DNA from: Nitrosopumilaceae archaeon
GTDB lineage: Archaea > Thermoproteota > Nitrososphaeria > Nitrososphaerales > Nitrosopumilaceae
Direction: 5' to 3'
Assembly (NCBI GenBank): GCA_965207375.1
Contig: OZ242274.1
Span: forward strand, 352,001 to 416,000
DNA length: 64,000 nt
The notes beneath the pieces were generated by a model. It was not told the DNA's origin. It saw nothing but the letters and a program-made list of their open reading frames with translations, and ran no database searches. The translations under genes and the position numbers were made by a program. Position 1 is the first letter of the stretch; every line of letters begins with the position of its first letter. Positions 8,952 to 17,674 of the stretch are shown piece by piece.

Positions 8952-9335
8952 ATGCCTATTGTTTCAATATCATTAAACGGCGATATGCTAAAGGAGCTTG
9001 ACAAGCTGCAAGATTCGATGGGATTTACCGGAAGATCCGAGATTATCCGTGCAGGAATCAGAACGTTCGTACAAGAAGAAAAACAAAAACTAGAATTGAG
9101 TGGAAAGCAAAACGCAGTCCTTATTGTGGTTCATGAAGATGAGTTTGATGATCAGGTCGCACGGATAAAGCACGATTATGAAGATTTGATCAGGACACAT
9201 CTCCACAACAAGATAGATGGGGACAGATGCATGGAGATGTTTTTCCTAGATGGTGATTCTGAAAAAATTCAATCAATAACTAGGGGATTTCTTACCGACA
9301 AAAAGATGGATACGGTAAAGCTTGTTGCCCTGTAG
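8952..9335 (+). CDS. NikR/CopG-family ribbon-helix-helix metalloregulator
   Basis: IVSISL...GRSEIIR RHH domain; C-terminal metal domain KHDYEDLIRTHLHNKIDGDRC. Confidence 0.88.
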   Translation: MPIVSISLNGDMLKELDKLQDSMGFTGRSEIIRAGIRTFVQEEKQKLELSGKQNAVLIVVHEDEFDDQVARIKHDYEDLIRTHLHNKIDGDRCMEMFFLDGDSEKIQSITRGFLTDKKMDTVKLVAL

Positions 9336-9354
9336 GCCTGTTTTGAAATCATTG

Positions 9355-9671
9355 TAATCACATGTGTCACAATCAAAGTTTAGGTGATTCTGATTCAAAG
9401 CGTACTTACCAATCCAAACAAAAAGATTAGGGCAAAATACAATACCGCAAATGATGGATAATGTAGCCTTTGTAGGACTCGATGTTCACAAGAGAACAGT
9501 ATAGGTCTCAATGATGGATACAGATGGAAACGAAATTGTCAATGGTTCTGTTCCAAATACAGAAAAACAGATCTACAATACACTAGAAAAATTCCCAAAG
9601 GCTTGTACAAATCGTAATGGAATCATCATCCGTATGGAAGACCATATATTTTCAGATTTGAAATTCACTAA
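9355..9671 (+). pseudogene. Degenerate IS110 (IS1111-type) left end and truncated recombinase
   Basis: TAATCACATGTGTCACAATCAAAG resembles the left end of 3650-5070; from 9454 reads MDNVAFVGLDVHKRTV*VSMMDTDGNE..., frameshift, then ..IVMESSSVWKTIYFQI*. Confidence 0.85.
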
Positions 9672-9752
9672 AGACCTTATGCATAATCGACATTCTAGAA
9701 ATTTGACAGTATCTAGACACAATTAAAGCAAATGTGGTAATTTACACAGTTT
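9672..9752 (+). mobile_element. Orphan left end of the IS5-family element
   Basis: AGACCTTATGCATAATCGACATTCTAGAAATTTGACAGTATCTAGACACAATTAAAGC... matches the reverse complement of about 39815-39900. Confidence 0.85.
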
Positions 9753-9976
9753 ATAGCAGATCTAACTAATCAATAGTTTTTCTACATATTTTAAAAAAAG
9801 TTGTGACCCGACAATGACACTTGCGATCAAACTAAACATAAAATGCACAAAATATTCAATACAGATTACAACAAGTTAGGTATGGGCATTGATCAATAGA
9901 TTTGACCTTCTAGTTGCACCGAGGCCTAGAAACGACAAGACAGCAACACCAAAAGAATCTAGTCAGCAAAATGAGA

Positions 9977-10051
9977 TGGGCCCGCGGGGATTTGAACCCC
10001 GGATCTTCGCCGTGTAAGGGCGACGTCATAACCGACCTGGACTACGGGCCC
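9977..10051 (-). tRNA. tRNA-Val (TAC)
   Basis: GGGCCCG/CGGGCCC acceptor stem, TCGCC-CT-TAC-AC-GGCGA anticodon arm, GGTTCAAATCC T arm; TTTAAA box about 25 nt upstream. Confidence 0.97.
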
Positions 10052-10135
10052 AGCAAACCACGTTATCAAAATCCATTTAAACTTTGAGAAAGATTTTGCA
10101 AAAATCTACAAATTAGATGTAATTATAATATTATT

Positions 10136-11143
10136 GTGAATCCGCTGTTTTTTTGCAGTCCTATAGGATTAGGTCATGCAACAAGGGATGCAGCAATTGT
10201 AGCGTATAGTAAGGACAGACCAAGATTTGTGACCGGAGGTGCTGCTGTGAATTTTTTCAAAAAGAGCGGTTTTGATGCAATAGATAGATATGAGCCTCCA
10301 AGATTCACGGTACAAAATGGAACGCTGAAAAGGTCTACTAGATGGCTTTGGCAATATTATCAGTACTATAAAGAGTGTAAAAAATCAGCCAAAAACATTA
10401 TAGAAAATAAAAGACCAGACACCATAGTTAGTGACGAGGATTTTGCATCATTGACGATATCACAGGAGAAAAAAATTCCAAATGTTTTGATTACAGACAT
10501 ACTTGAAACAAAATTTACCGGCAGGATGGGTGCGCTGATGGAAAAAAGAATGAACAAATCCATGAAACAAATCATTGCAAAATGTGATGCAGTTATTTTG
10601 CCAGAATATGGAGATGACGTAGGAAACATAAAAAGAGTAGGCCCAATAGTAAGAGGGACCAAATTTTCCAGAGAAGAGCTTAGAGACAGGCTAGGATTTG
10701 ATAGGAAAACCATAGTTATCAGCACAGGAGGAACAGATGCCGGTTCCTTTTTGATTGAAAAATCACTGAGCGCGATACAGAAAATTAAAAATGACTATAA
10801 GGTGATAGTGGTTGTAGGTCCTTTACTTGCCAAACAATACAGCGATGTGGAGAATTTGGGATTTGTAGAAAACCTGCATGAGATAATTTTTGCATCAGAT
10901 TTGACGATATCTCTTGCGGGAAAATCAACCATAGATGAGGCAAATGCATACGGAACACCGGGAATCTTTATCCCCATAAAAAATCATTTTGAACAGCAAG
11001 ACAATGCAAAAGAGCAAGGATACACATACGAAGATATCTTCAAACTAGAGAAACTAATTGTGGAAAAGATTTCAGAACCCAGAAATAAAATAAAATGTGA
11101 CGGGGCACAAAAGGCTTGGAACATAATTAAAAATATCCAATAG
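10136..11143 (+). CDS. Glycosyltransferase (GT-B, family 28/MurG-like)
   Basis: GLGHATR, STGGT, LAGKSTIDEA and PIKNHFEQQDNA motifs. Confidence 0.8.
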   Translation: MNPLFFCSPIGLGHATRDAAIVAYSKDRPRFVTGGAAVNFFKKSGFDAIDRYEPPRFTVQNGTLKRSTRWLWQYYQYYKECKKSAKNIIENKRPDTIVSDEDFASLTISQEKKIPNVLITDILETKFTGRMGALMEKRMNKSMKQIIAKCDAVILPEYGDDVGNIKRVGPIVRGTKFSREELRDRLGFDRKTIVISTGGTDAGSFLIEKSLSAIQKIKNDYKVIVVVGPLLAKQYSDVENLGFVENLHEIIFASDLTISLAGKSTIDEANAYGTPGIFIPIKNHFEQQDNAKEQGYTYEDIFKLEKLIVEKISEPRNKIKCDGAQKAWNIIKNIQ

Positions 11144-11194
11144 ATTTACGCTTAAAAATAACGATTAATAGATGTAAAAATAGATAGGTAAGAA

Positions 11195-12607
11195 ATGGAG
11201 AAATTAGTTGTTGCAAAATTTGGAGGTAGTGCGATAGGACCGTTTGGAGAGTTTATACCAATTATAATTGATCGGATAAACGAGCTCAAAAAAGACGCAA
11301 AGGTAATAGCTGTTTTTTCTGCACCTCTTACAATAATTGATAATAAGAAAAAATCTTTGACAGATGTTGTATTAGAGATTGGCAAAAAGGCGCAGGATGG
11401 CAGCGAGTCTGACCTAGAAGAAATCAAATGTACGTATGAGAAAATTCTCAAAATGGTAGATGACAAACACAAAGAGCGGTGCCAGGCGACTGTGGAAAAA
11501 TTTCTAAACCTGACAAGGCAGGCATTTGAGACTGCAAAAAATAGAGGTGAGTTTGCAGATGAGACAAGATCAAAGGCGTTGGGATTTTCAGGGGAAATCT
11601 TAATGTCAAATGTGATGAATTATATCCTAAAATCAAACGGAATTGCATCTGGCGTGATTGATTTTGATAATTGGCCCATAATTACAGACAGCAACATAGA
11701 ATCGACAAATTTTCTGGCCTCAAAATCACAACAATACCTAGAACACACAGAGAATCTAGTTGCCAGACATCAGGTAGTATGTATGGGTGGCTTTATTGGA
11801 AAAACCATAGACGGAGTCGTAACTACTTATGAACGGGGCGGTTCTGACAGAACTGCTGCAGATATTGGAATTTTATTTCATAAAAAATATGATTCAAGAA
11901 TTAATTTTGAAAAGGACAGTTCTGTAGTTTCAGCCGATCCAAAAATTGTTTCAGAAAATCTTTCAAAAGTAGGCACTCTATCATATAATGAGGCGCGCCT
12001 TGCAGGAATGTTTGGTATGAAGATCTTAGATCCCATAGCAATCAAAGAGATCTTAGAAAACGGAATAGACATGCCGATTCTTGTTACAAACATGAAAAAT
12101 CCAGAAAAAAACACGATGATAAAAAGAAATCCCAAAGACAACAGTCATCCGTTAAAAATAGTCACAGGAAAGAAAAATTGTGCGATAATTAGAATGGAAA
12201 GAGATTCTGCACAAAAATTGCTGTTATCATTAGAGCACGACAAAAGATACAGCGAATATGTAATACTATCCCCGTTTACAAAAGACGGCATTGAATTTAC
12301 CAGAATTTTGTTTCTAGACGGAGACTATGTAAAAAGAAATGAAAAGTATTTGCTAGGATTTGATTCTTTGGCATCAATTACATACAACAGAGGAGTCATT
12401 ACACTAATCGGGGATCAAATGTGGAGGGTACAACAGATTGCATCAAAGGTTAGCTCAAAGATTGGTGATGCAGGATTAAACATCCTAAACATGGATGCGC
12501 AAGAAGAGACATCTAGAATTATTATTGTTATAGAGGATTCAAAAGACAATATCGAGCGGGCCATCAGGTCTGTACATGCAGAAAAATCAAAAATTGCATT
12601 TATTTAA
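11195..12607 (+). CDS. lysC: Aspartate kinase
   Basis: VAKFGGS, RGGSDRTA, SADPKIV and LSYNEA motifs; C-terminal ACT domain. Confidence 0.9.
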   Translation: MEKLVVAKFGGSAIGPFGEFIPIIIDRINELKKDAKVIAVFSAPLTIIDNKKKSLTDVVLEIGKKAQDGSESDLEEIKCTYEKILKMVDDKHKERCQATVEKFLNLTRQAFETAKNRGEFADETRSKALGFSGEILMSNVMNYILKSNGIASGVIDFDNWPIITDSNIESTNFLASKSQQYLEHTENLVARHQVVCMGGFIGKTIDGVVTTYERGGSDRTAADIGILFHKKYDSRINFEKDSSVVSADPKIVSENLSKVGTLSYNEARLAGMFGMKILDPIAIKEILENGIDMPILVTNMKNPEKNTMIKRNPKDNSHPLKIVTGKKNCAIIRMERDSAQKLLLSLEHDKRYSEYVILSPFTKDGIEFTRILFLDGDYVKRNEKYLLGFDSLASITYNRGVITLIGDQMWRVQQIASKVSSKIGDAGLNILNMDAQEETSRIIIVIEDSKDNIERAIRSVHAEKSKIAFI

Positions 12608-13094
12608 ATTGCGTATGGCTCTACAAGTTTGACCCTGTAGCGCCATAGTGGGTTTTTTCTTGGACACGTAGTCTAGAATTAGTCCGGCGTTACCCATAAC
12701 ACGCGATACTATACCTACACAGTTGTGCTATTTAGAGCTGATCTATATAGATCGAGGCTAGGCGTGAGTTTACGTGTTGTCAAGTGCCGTATATTGTCAG
12801 GTTGTCGAATTTATGCAAAATAGGAAATAGGTTCTTGTGCCAGAAATTTGAGGTGTGCGGTATAGCATGGTTTTATCCCATAGTTCTAACAAAAAGTTTG
12901 TTTTAATGCCCCAGATGAAATTATCAAAAATGACATGTTTACTAGGTGTTTTGATTAAAAGTTCTTGAAATTTTGGTATAAACTAGGTCTATACCAAACT
13001 AGTGATCACGCATCGGATATATTTAAAAAATTCAAAAAACCCTAGCTGCACTATACACAATTCTTTAAATTAGTTGGATTTTTTATTCCATGGT

Positions 13095-14009
13095 ATGAAA
13101 GAGTCAGGCAAGATTTGGATGAACGGCAAGCTAGTACCGTTTAAGGATGCCAAAGTACATGTGTTGACTCACGCCTTACATTATTCTACGTCGATATTTG
13201 AGGGAATCAGGTGTTACAATACCGAACAGGGTTCGGCAATTTTTAGGTTGCCCGAACATGTAGACAGGTTATTTGAATCAGCAAAATTATACTCTATGAA
13301 AATGCAGTATTCAAAAAAACAAATATCTGATGCAATTATCAAAACTGTACAAGCAAACAAGCTAAAACAATGTTACATCAGGCCTTTAGCATATTACGGG
13401 TATGGAACCATGGGGCTGACCCCATCTGCAAACAAGGTGGATATTTCAATTTCATGTTGGGAATGGAATATGGGCGAATCAAAGGCAGGAAAGTTTTCTG
13501 GAGCAAAATGCAAGGTTTCAAGTTGGTTAAAAATAGACTCTAGAGCACAGCCAATGAAGGCAAAGGCTGCCTCAAACTATGCCAATGCAGCACTAGCCAG
13601 AATGGAGGCACTAGATGAAGGATATGACGAGTCAATAATGCTAAATTATTACGGAAAAGTAACAGAAGGTAGTGCGGAAAATATTTTCATCGTCAAAAAC
13701 GGTGAAATTTTGACGCCACCAATATCAGCAGGCATTTTAGAGGGAATAACTAGAGACAGCGTAATTCAGATTATAGAAGAAAACGGAGGATATGTAGTAG
13801 AGACAGAACTTGGTAGAGATGACCTGTATGATGCAGAAGAAGTGTTTATGACAGGTACTGCTGCAGAGGTAAAATCTGTAACTCAAATTGACAGAATCAA
13901 AATCGGAAACGGCAAGGTGGGCAAAATTACAAAGGCACTGCAAAAATCATTTATGGATGTAACTTTGGGCAGAAACGAACAGTTTGTTTCCTGGCTAAAA
14001 TACATTTAG
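13095..14009 (+). CDS. ilvE: Branched-chain amino acid aminotransferase
   Basis: IWMNGKLV, HALHYSTSIFEGIR, EGSAENIF, ILEGITR and FMTGTAAE motifs. Confidence 0.95.
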   Translation: MKESGKIWMNGKLVPFKDAKVHVLTHALHYSTSIFEGIRCYNTEQGSAIFRLPEHVDRLFESAKLYSMKMQYSKKQISDAIIKTVQANKLKQCYIRPLAYYGYGTMGLTPSANKVDISISCWEWNMGESKAGKFSGAKCKVSSWLKIDSRAQPMKAKAASNYANAALARMEALDEGYDESIMLNYYGKVTEGSAENIFIVKNGEILTPPISAGILEGITRDSVIQIIEENGGYVVETELGRDDLYDAEEVFMTGTAAEVKSVTQIDRIKIGNGKVGKITKALQKSFMDVTLGRNEQFVSWLKYI

Positions 14010-14013
14010 GGAT

Positions 14014-14187
14014 ATGAATAGTTTGGATTCATGTACAAACGGCAATGCTGCACAAATCTGTTGGTTTTGTCGCAAAGAACGACACCAGGACTGTATGAAG
14101 GAGATGCCTGCCGATGAAAAGTCAGAAGGCCCGCACGATTGTACATTTGATACAAAAATGATAAAGTGTAGATGTAAACATGAATGA
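14014..14187 (+). CDS. Small Cys/His-rich protein, 57 aa (absent from the ORF track)
   Basis: MNSLDSCTNGNAAQICWFCRKERHQDC...HDC...CRCKHE; fills the gap between ilvE and the next gene and overlaps its start. Confidence 0.65.
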   Translation: MNSLDSCTNGNAAQICWFCRKERHQDCMKEMPADEKSEGPHDCTFDTKMIKCRCKHE

Positions 14188-14653
14188 ATTCTCAAGATAC
14201 ATAAGAGATCTGTCAGTATCATTGCACACAACTGCAATACTGTATCTTGGATGCAGCAATCAAGAGGATTTGGCAGAGTTTCCAAGCGACACAAATGTTT
14301 GCGGCATTGCAGACGGTATTGAAAAATTTACCAGAAAATATCCCAGTTTCAAATTCACGCAGGGCAGTGTAGATGCTACCCCATATGCAGATGGTACCTT
14401 TGATTTTGTATTTACACACAAGCTGTTTAGTTGCACAAACAAAGATGTAAAAAATGTGCTAAACGAAATGTATAGAATCTCATCCAAATATATTGTAAAT
14501 TTTGAATTAAAGGAATCAGAAAATAAAGACGTGTCTGATACACTGTACAACAAATGGCTGGAATTTGGAGTAAAAATCATAAGCAATGTACAGATGCACA
14601 AAGACATTGATTCAGAACAGTGCCAATTTACACTGGTTAGAAAAATCAACTAG
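14180..14653 (+). CDS. Class I SAM-methyltransferase-like protein
   Basis: ILYLGCS, GSVDATPYADGTFDFV and LNEMYRIS motifs. Confidence 0.7.
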   Translation: MNEFSRYIRDLSVSLHTTAILYLGCSNQEDLAEFPSDTNVCGIADGIEKFTRKYPSFKFTQGSVDATPYADGTFDFVFTHKLFSCTNKDVKNVLNEMYRISSKYIVNFELKESENKDVSDTLYNKWLEFGVKIISNVQMHKDIDSEQCQFTLVRKIN

Positions 14654-14701
14654 ATTTTAGCATGTGCAGAGTCTCAAAGACACTTTGAAAATGATTTGAG
14701 G

Positions 14702-15955
14702 TTAAAATCTAGTTACTGCAAATATTATTGCAAAGCCTGTTAAAAATACAATTCCTGTATAGCTTAGAATTTGCAGGCCTACAGATGGTTGGAATTTTTT
14801 TTCAAGGTGTTTGTCTCTTACTAGTTTTAGATTAAAGATTGCAATAATGGGAGCAATAACAAAGGATAGGACCGTGGCAAAATCAACTAGCTCCCTTAAA
14901 TTGTTGCCAAACTGAAAAACAACTATCAGAGATCCTGATGCCAAAGATACTAGAAACACAGAATTGAGTGAACGGTTGGTTTTCTGAGCTGATTTTGTAG
15001 AAAACAGTAGAAAGGCAGTACGGTGAAGTGAGCGTGAATATCCATCAAATACTGTCAAAATAGTTCCAAACATGACCGTAAAGGCAGATGCAGAAATTAC
15101 AATATTGCTCCAGTCACCAATAGTAACAGTGTATAGTGTGACTATTTGGTGAGCAAAATCGGCATTGTTGTTTGATAGCCGTTCTCCTGAACCAAAGAAA
15201 ATGTACGAGCCCAATGTGACAAACATTACAGCAAGAATCGCAGTGACAGTGTAAGCTAGTCGAAATTCAAAAAGGGTTTCGCATAGTTTTGGTTTGTATT
15301 TTGACTGTTTTATTCTCTCAATTGTCCACAGGCTATTCCAGCTAGACAGATCCAGTGCAGTGGGCATCCAGCCCATCAAGGCAAGCAGAAACAAGATTCC
15401 AGCGTCATCCCATAGCTCTTTGGGCGCAAAACCTTCAACCGGAATAATTGGTCCGTTCTGCAAGGCAAACAAAAATGCAGATACAGTAGTAATTAACAAG
15501 ACAATTGCTATAACCTTGATGATGCCGTCAAGTGCATTGTATCTGCCTATAATCAAAATGGTTACGCAGATGGCAAATAAAATTATGATGACCCAGTCTT
15601 GTAGGAAATCAATCTGAAATAAATTTGAGAAAAATCCTGTAGTAATAAAGCCTACTGCGCCTGTGACAAAAAACATCGAGGCTAGGGTAATTATAAAATA
15701 CAGCCAAAGTGCACCCCTGCCAAGCTTTTTGTATCCATCAATGATGCTAGTACCGGTGGCATTTGCATATCTAGAACCGTATTCAAAGAAGGGATACTTT
15801 AGGAGGCTGGCTAGAACCACAAATCCTACAAGCAGCATGCCAAATTCTGCACCGGCCCTTGTAGATTGAACTAGATGCGATACACCAATGGCAGTACTTG
15901 CAAACAAAATTCCTGGCCCTGCAATTTTAGAAAAGTTTCCTAGTCGGGAATTCAA
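14702..15955 (-). CDS. NRAMP-like divalent metal transporter
   Basis: GPGILFASTAIGVSHLVQSTRAG and LMGWMP motifs; about 11 TM helices. Confidence 0.8.
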   Translation of the reverse strand: MNSRLGNFSKIAGPGILFASTAIGVSHLVQSTRAGAEFGMLLVGFVVLASLLKYPFFEYGSRYANATGTSIIDGYKKLGRGALWLYFIITLASMFFVTGAVGFITTGFFSNLFQIDFLQDWVIIILFAICVTILIIGRYNALDGIIKVIAIVLLITTVSAFLFALQNGPIIPVEGFAPKELWDDAGILFLLALMGWMPTALDLSSWNSLWTIERIKQSKYKPKLCETLFEFRLAYTVTAILAVMFVTLGSYIFFGSGERLSNNNADFAHQIVTLYTVTIGDWSNIVISASAFTVMFGTILTVFDGYSRSLHRTAFLLFSTKSAQKTNRSLNSVFLVSLASGSLIVVFQFGNNLRELVDFATVLSFVIAPIIAIFNLKLVRDKHLEKKFQPSVGLQILSYTGIVFLTGFAIIFAVTRF

Positions 15956-16092
15956 TCTGAAAATTGCTTTTTATTTAGGGTATAATTCGGTTTATTTTTA
16001 ATGCAAATTTTGCCTTTGCATGTCAGACCGGAATTGGCAAAGAACCCTTGAGTTATTCTATCATGACAGCATACGTTGGTTTTAGAGACTGA

Positions 16093-16737
16093 TCATTTGG
16101 TTATCTCGTATGCTACAAAAAGTGGTCCAATGTATCGTTTTGATACAGTACCGTATCTGCCAAGTAATTTTTCATAGTTTGATTCTCTATGAAAGTAAAT
16201 CTCGGTCTCAACTAGTATTCCAGAAGGCAGCTCATAGCTGCCGCTTATGTGTCCGGCATCAGCTGTATCCACTCGTACAAATGCGCCATGAATAAACTCA
16301 TAGCCCTTATCTGCAAAGGTGACTAGTATCAATCTGCCACCGTCATTTAGTGCAGTATACAAAATATCAATGCATCTGCGTAGATCAGGTGCCATGTGTA
16401 GTACCATAGAACACAGTACGACAGAATATCTGCGATGTATTCGCAGATCTGGAAGCTTGGCACAATACAGGGTCATATTTTGGAATTTGCTGCCGTATTT
16501 TTGTTTAATAAAATCTAAAAACTCTGAAACCCTGTCTACACCTGTATATGATACGTCATGTTTTAGATAGTCTAGGACAGCACCCCAACCGCAGCCAACA
16601 TCTAGTATGTCTGATACTGTTGCAAGTCTTTCTTTGAAATACGGTCCAAGATATTCTTCTCTGAAAGGATCAGTGCCTGATTGACTGTGCCGTATCCACG
16701 TCCTTGCATATTCGGCATCATATGCGGGGCCACTCAC
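16093..16737 (-). CDS. Class I SAM-dependent methyltransferase
   Basis: ILDVGCGWG, YTGVD, SMVLH and LNDGGRL motifs. Confidence 0.85.
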   Translation of the reverse strand: MSGPAYDAEYARTWIRHSQSGTDPFREEYLGPYFKERLATVSDILDVGCGWGAVLDYLKHDVSYTGVDRVSEFLDFIKQKYGSKFQNMTLYCAKLPDLRIHRRYSVVLCSMVLHMAPDLRRCIDILYTALNDGGRLILVTFADKGYEFIHGAFVRVDTADAGHISGSYELPSGILVETEIYFHRESNYEKLLGRYGTVSKRYIGPLFVAYEITK

Positions 16738-17428
16738 GCCATATCAACCACGCAGGACAGGACATTATCATACATTGTTGTATAAGGGGTGATTTTTAGA
16801 TAATAATTGTTCTGTTTGGTTTTATGCTTGCAGGATTGACTTTACAATACCATGCAGTATAATACGAATTTTGGTAACAATGGTGATGTAATATCAAGAT
16901 CTTCTGGGATCTGTTCAGAAAAAGCCTGCATCATGATACATTAACAACTGATAACACACAAAAAACCAGAATTAGGATCTGATGGGTTAACACATATTGG
17001 AAAATATATGAATAAATTAAATGCACCGTATCACATGAGCCCCTGATTCCCCATCTCGGATGGTCCAAGGGATTCGATTAGGTGCAAATTACAAAACACT
17101 AATCTGATATATTAAGTCATTGTTTTTGATAGGGAGGATCCGGCACGTAGTCAAGGGATTTTTCATATGGGAGTTAATGCGGAAGAACCATGAATTTCAA
17201 AAAATAAAATGGTTACCTCAGGCAGAAAAATCAATTAGATCCGAATCCTTACTTCAAATCAGAGTCAAATCCAAAATTGTCATAGTTAGGCAGGTGTATA
17301 CCATAGAGGTGATTCGTAATTAGTCAATTTATCTAAATTTCACGCCTTGCAATACCAAAAAGATCAAAACATCATCAAATTTTACTACAACTCATGATGC
17401 GTGTCCTAATTAAATGTCAAAAATGAAG

Positions 17429-17503
17429 CGGGTCTAGAGGGATTCGAACCCCCGACAGCCGGATTAAGAGTCCGGTGCTCTAGCCTGGCTGAGCCATAGA
17501 CCC
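17429..17503 (-). tRNA. tRNA-Lys (CTT)
   Basis: GGGTCTA/TAGACCC acceptor stem, CCGGA-CT-CTT-AA-TCCGG anticodon arm, GGTTCGAATCC T arm. Confidence 0.97.
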
Positions 17504-17674
17504 AATAAGGTTAGCAAATGCTAAAGTCGTTATTAATCTTGACATAAGTATCTAATTTTTTCCAATCTATTCTGAACCAAATGTTTCCCTTTGTTTTGTT
17601 ATCTTATCACAAAGATGCAATTGATGATAATGCGTACAGTCAAGACATAAAGATGCCAGAGAATGTAATTGATC

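Noticed and set aside
17023-17085. Split-tRNA half or TPP/fluoride riboswitch
   Set aside because: The GATTCGATT stretch lacks a T stem and the diagnostic riboswitch motifs are absent; kept only as a generic ncRNA candidate
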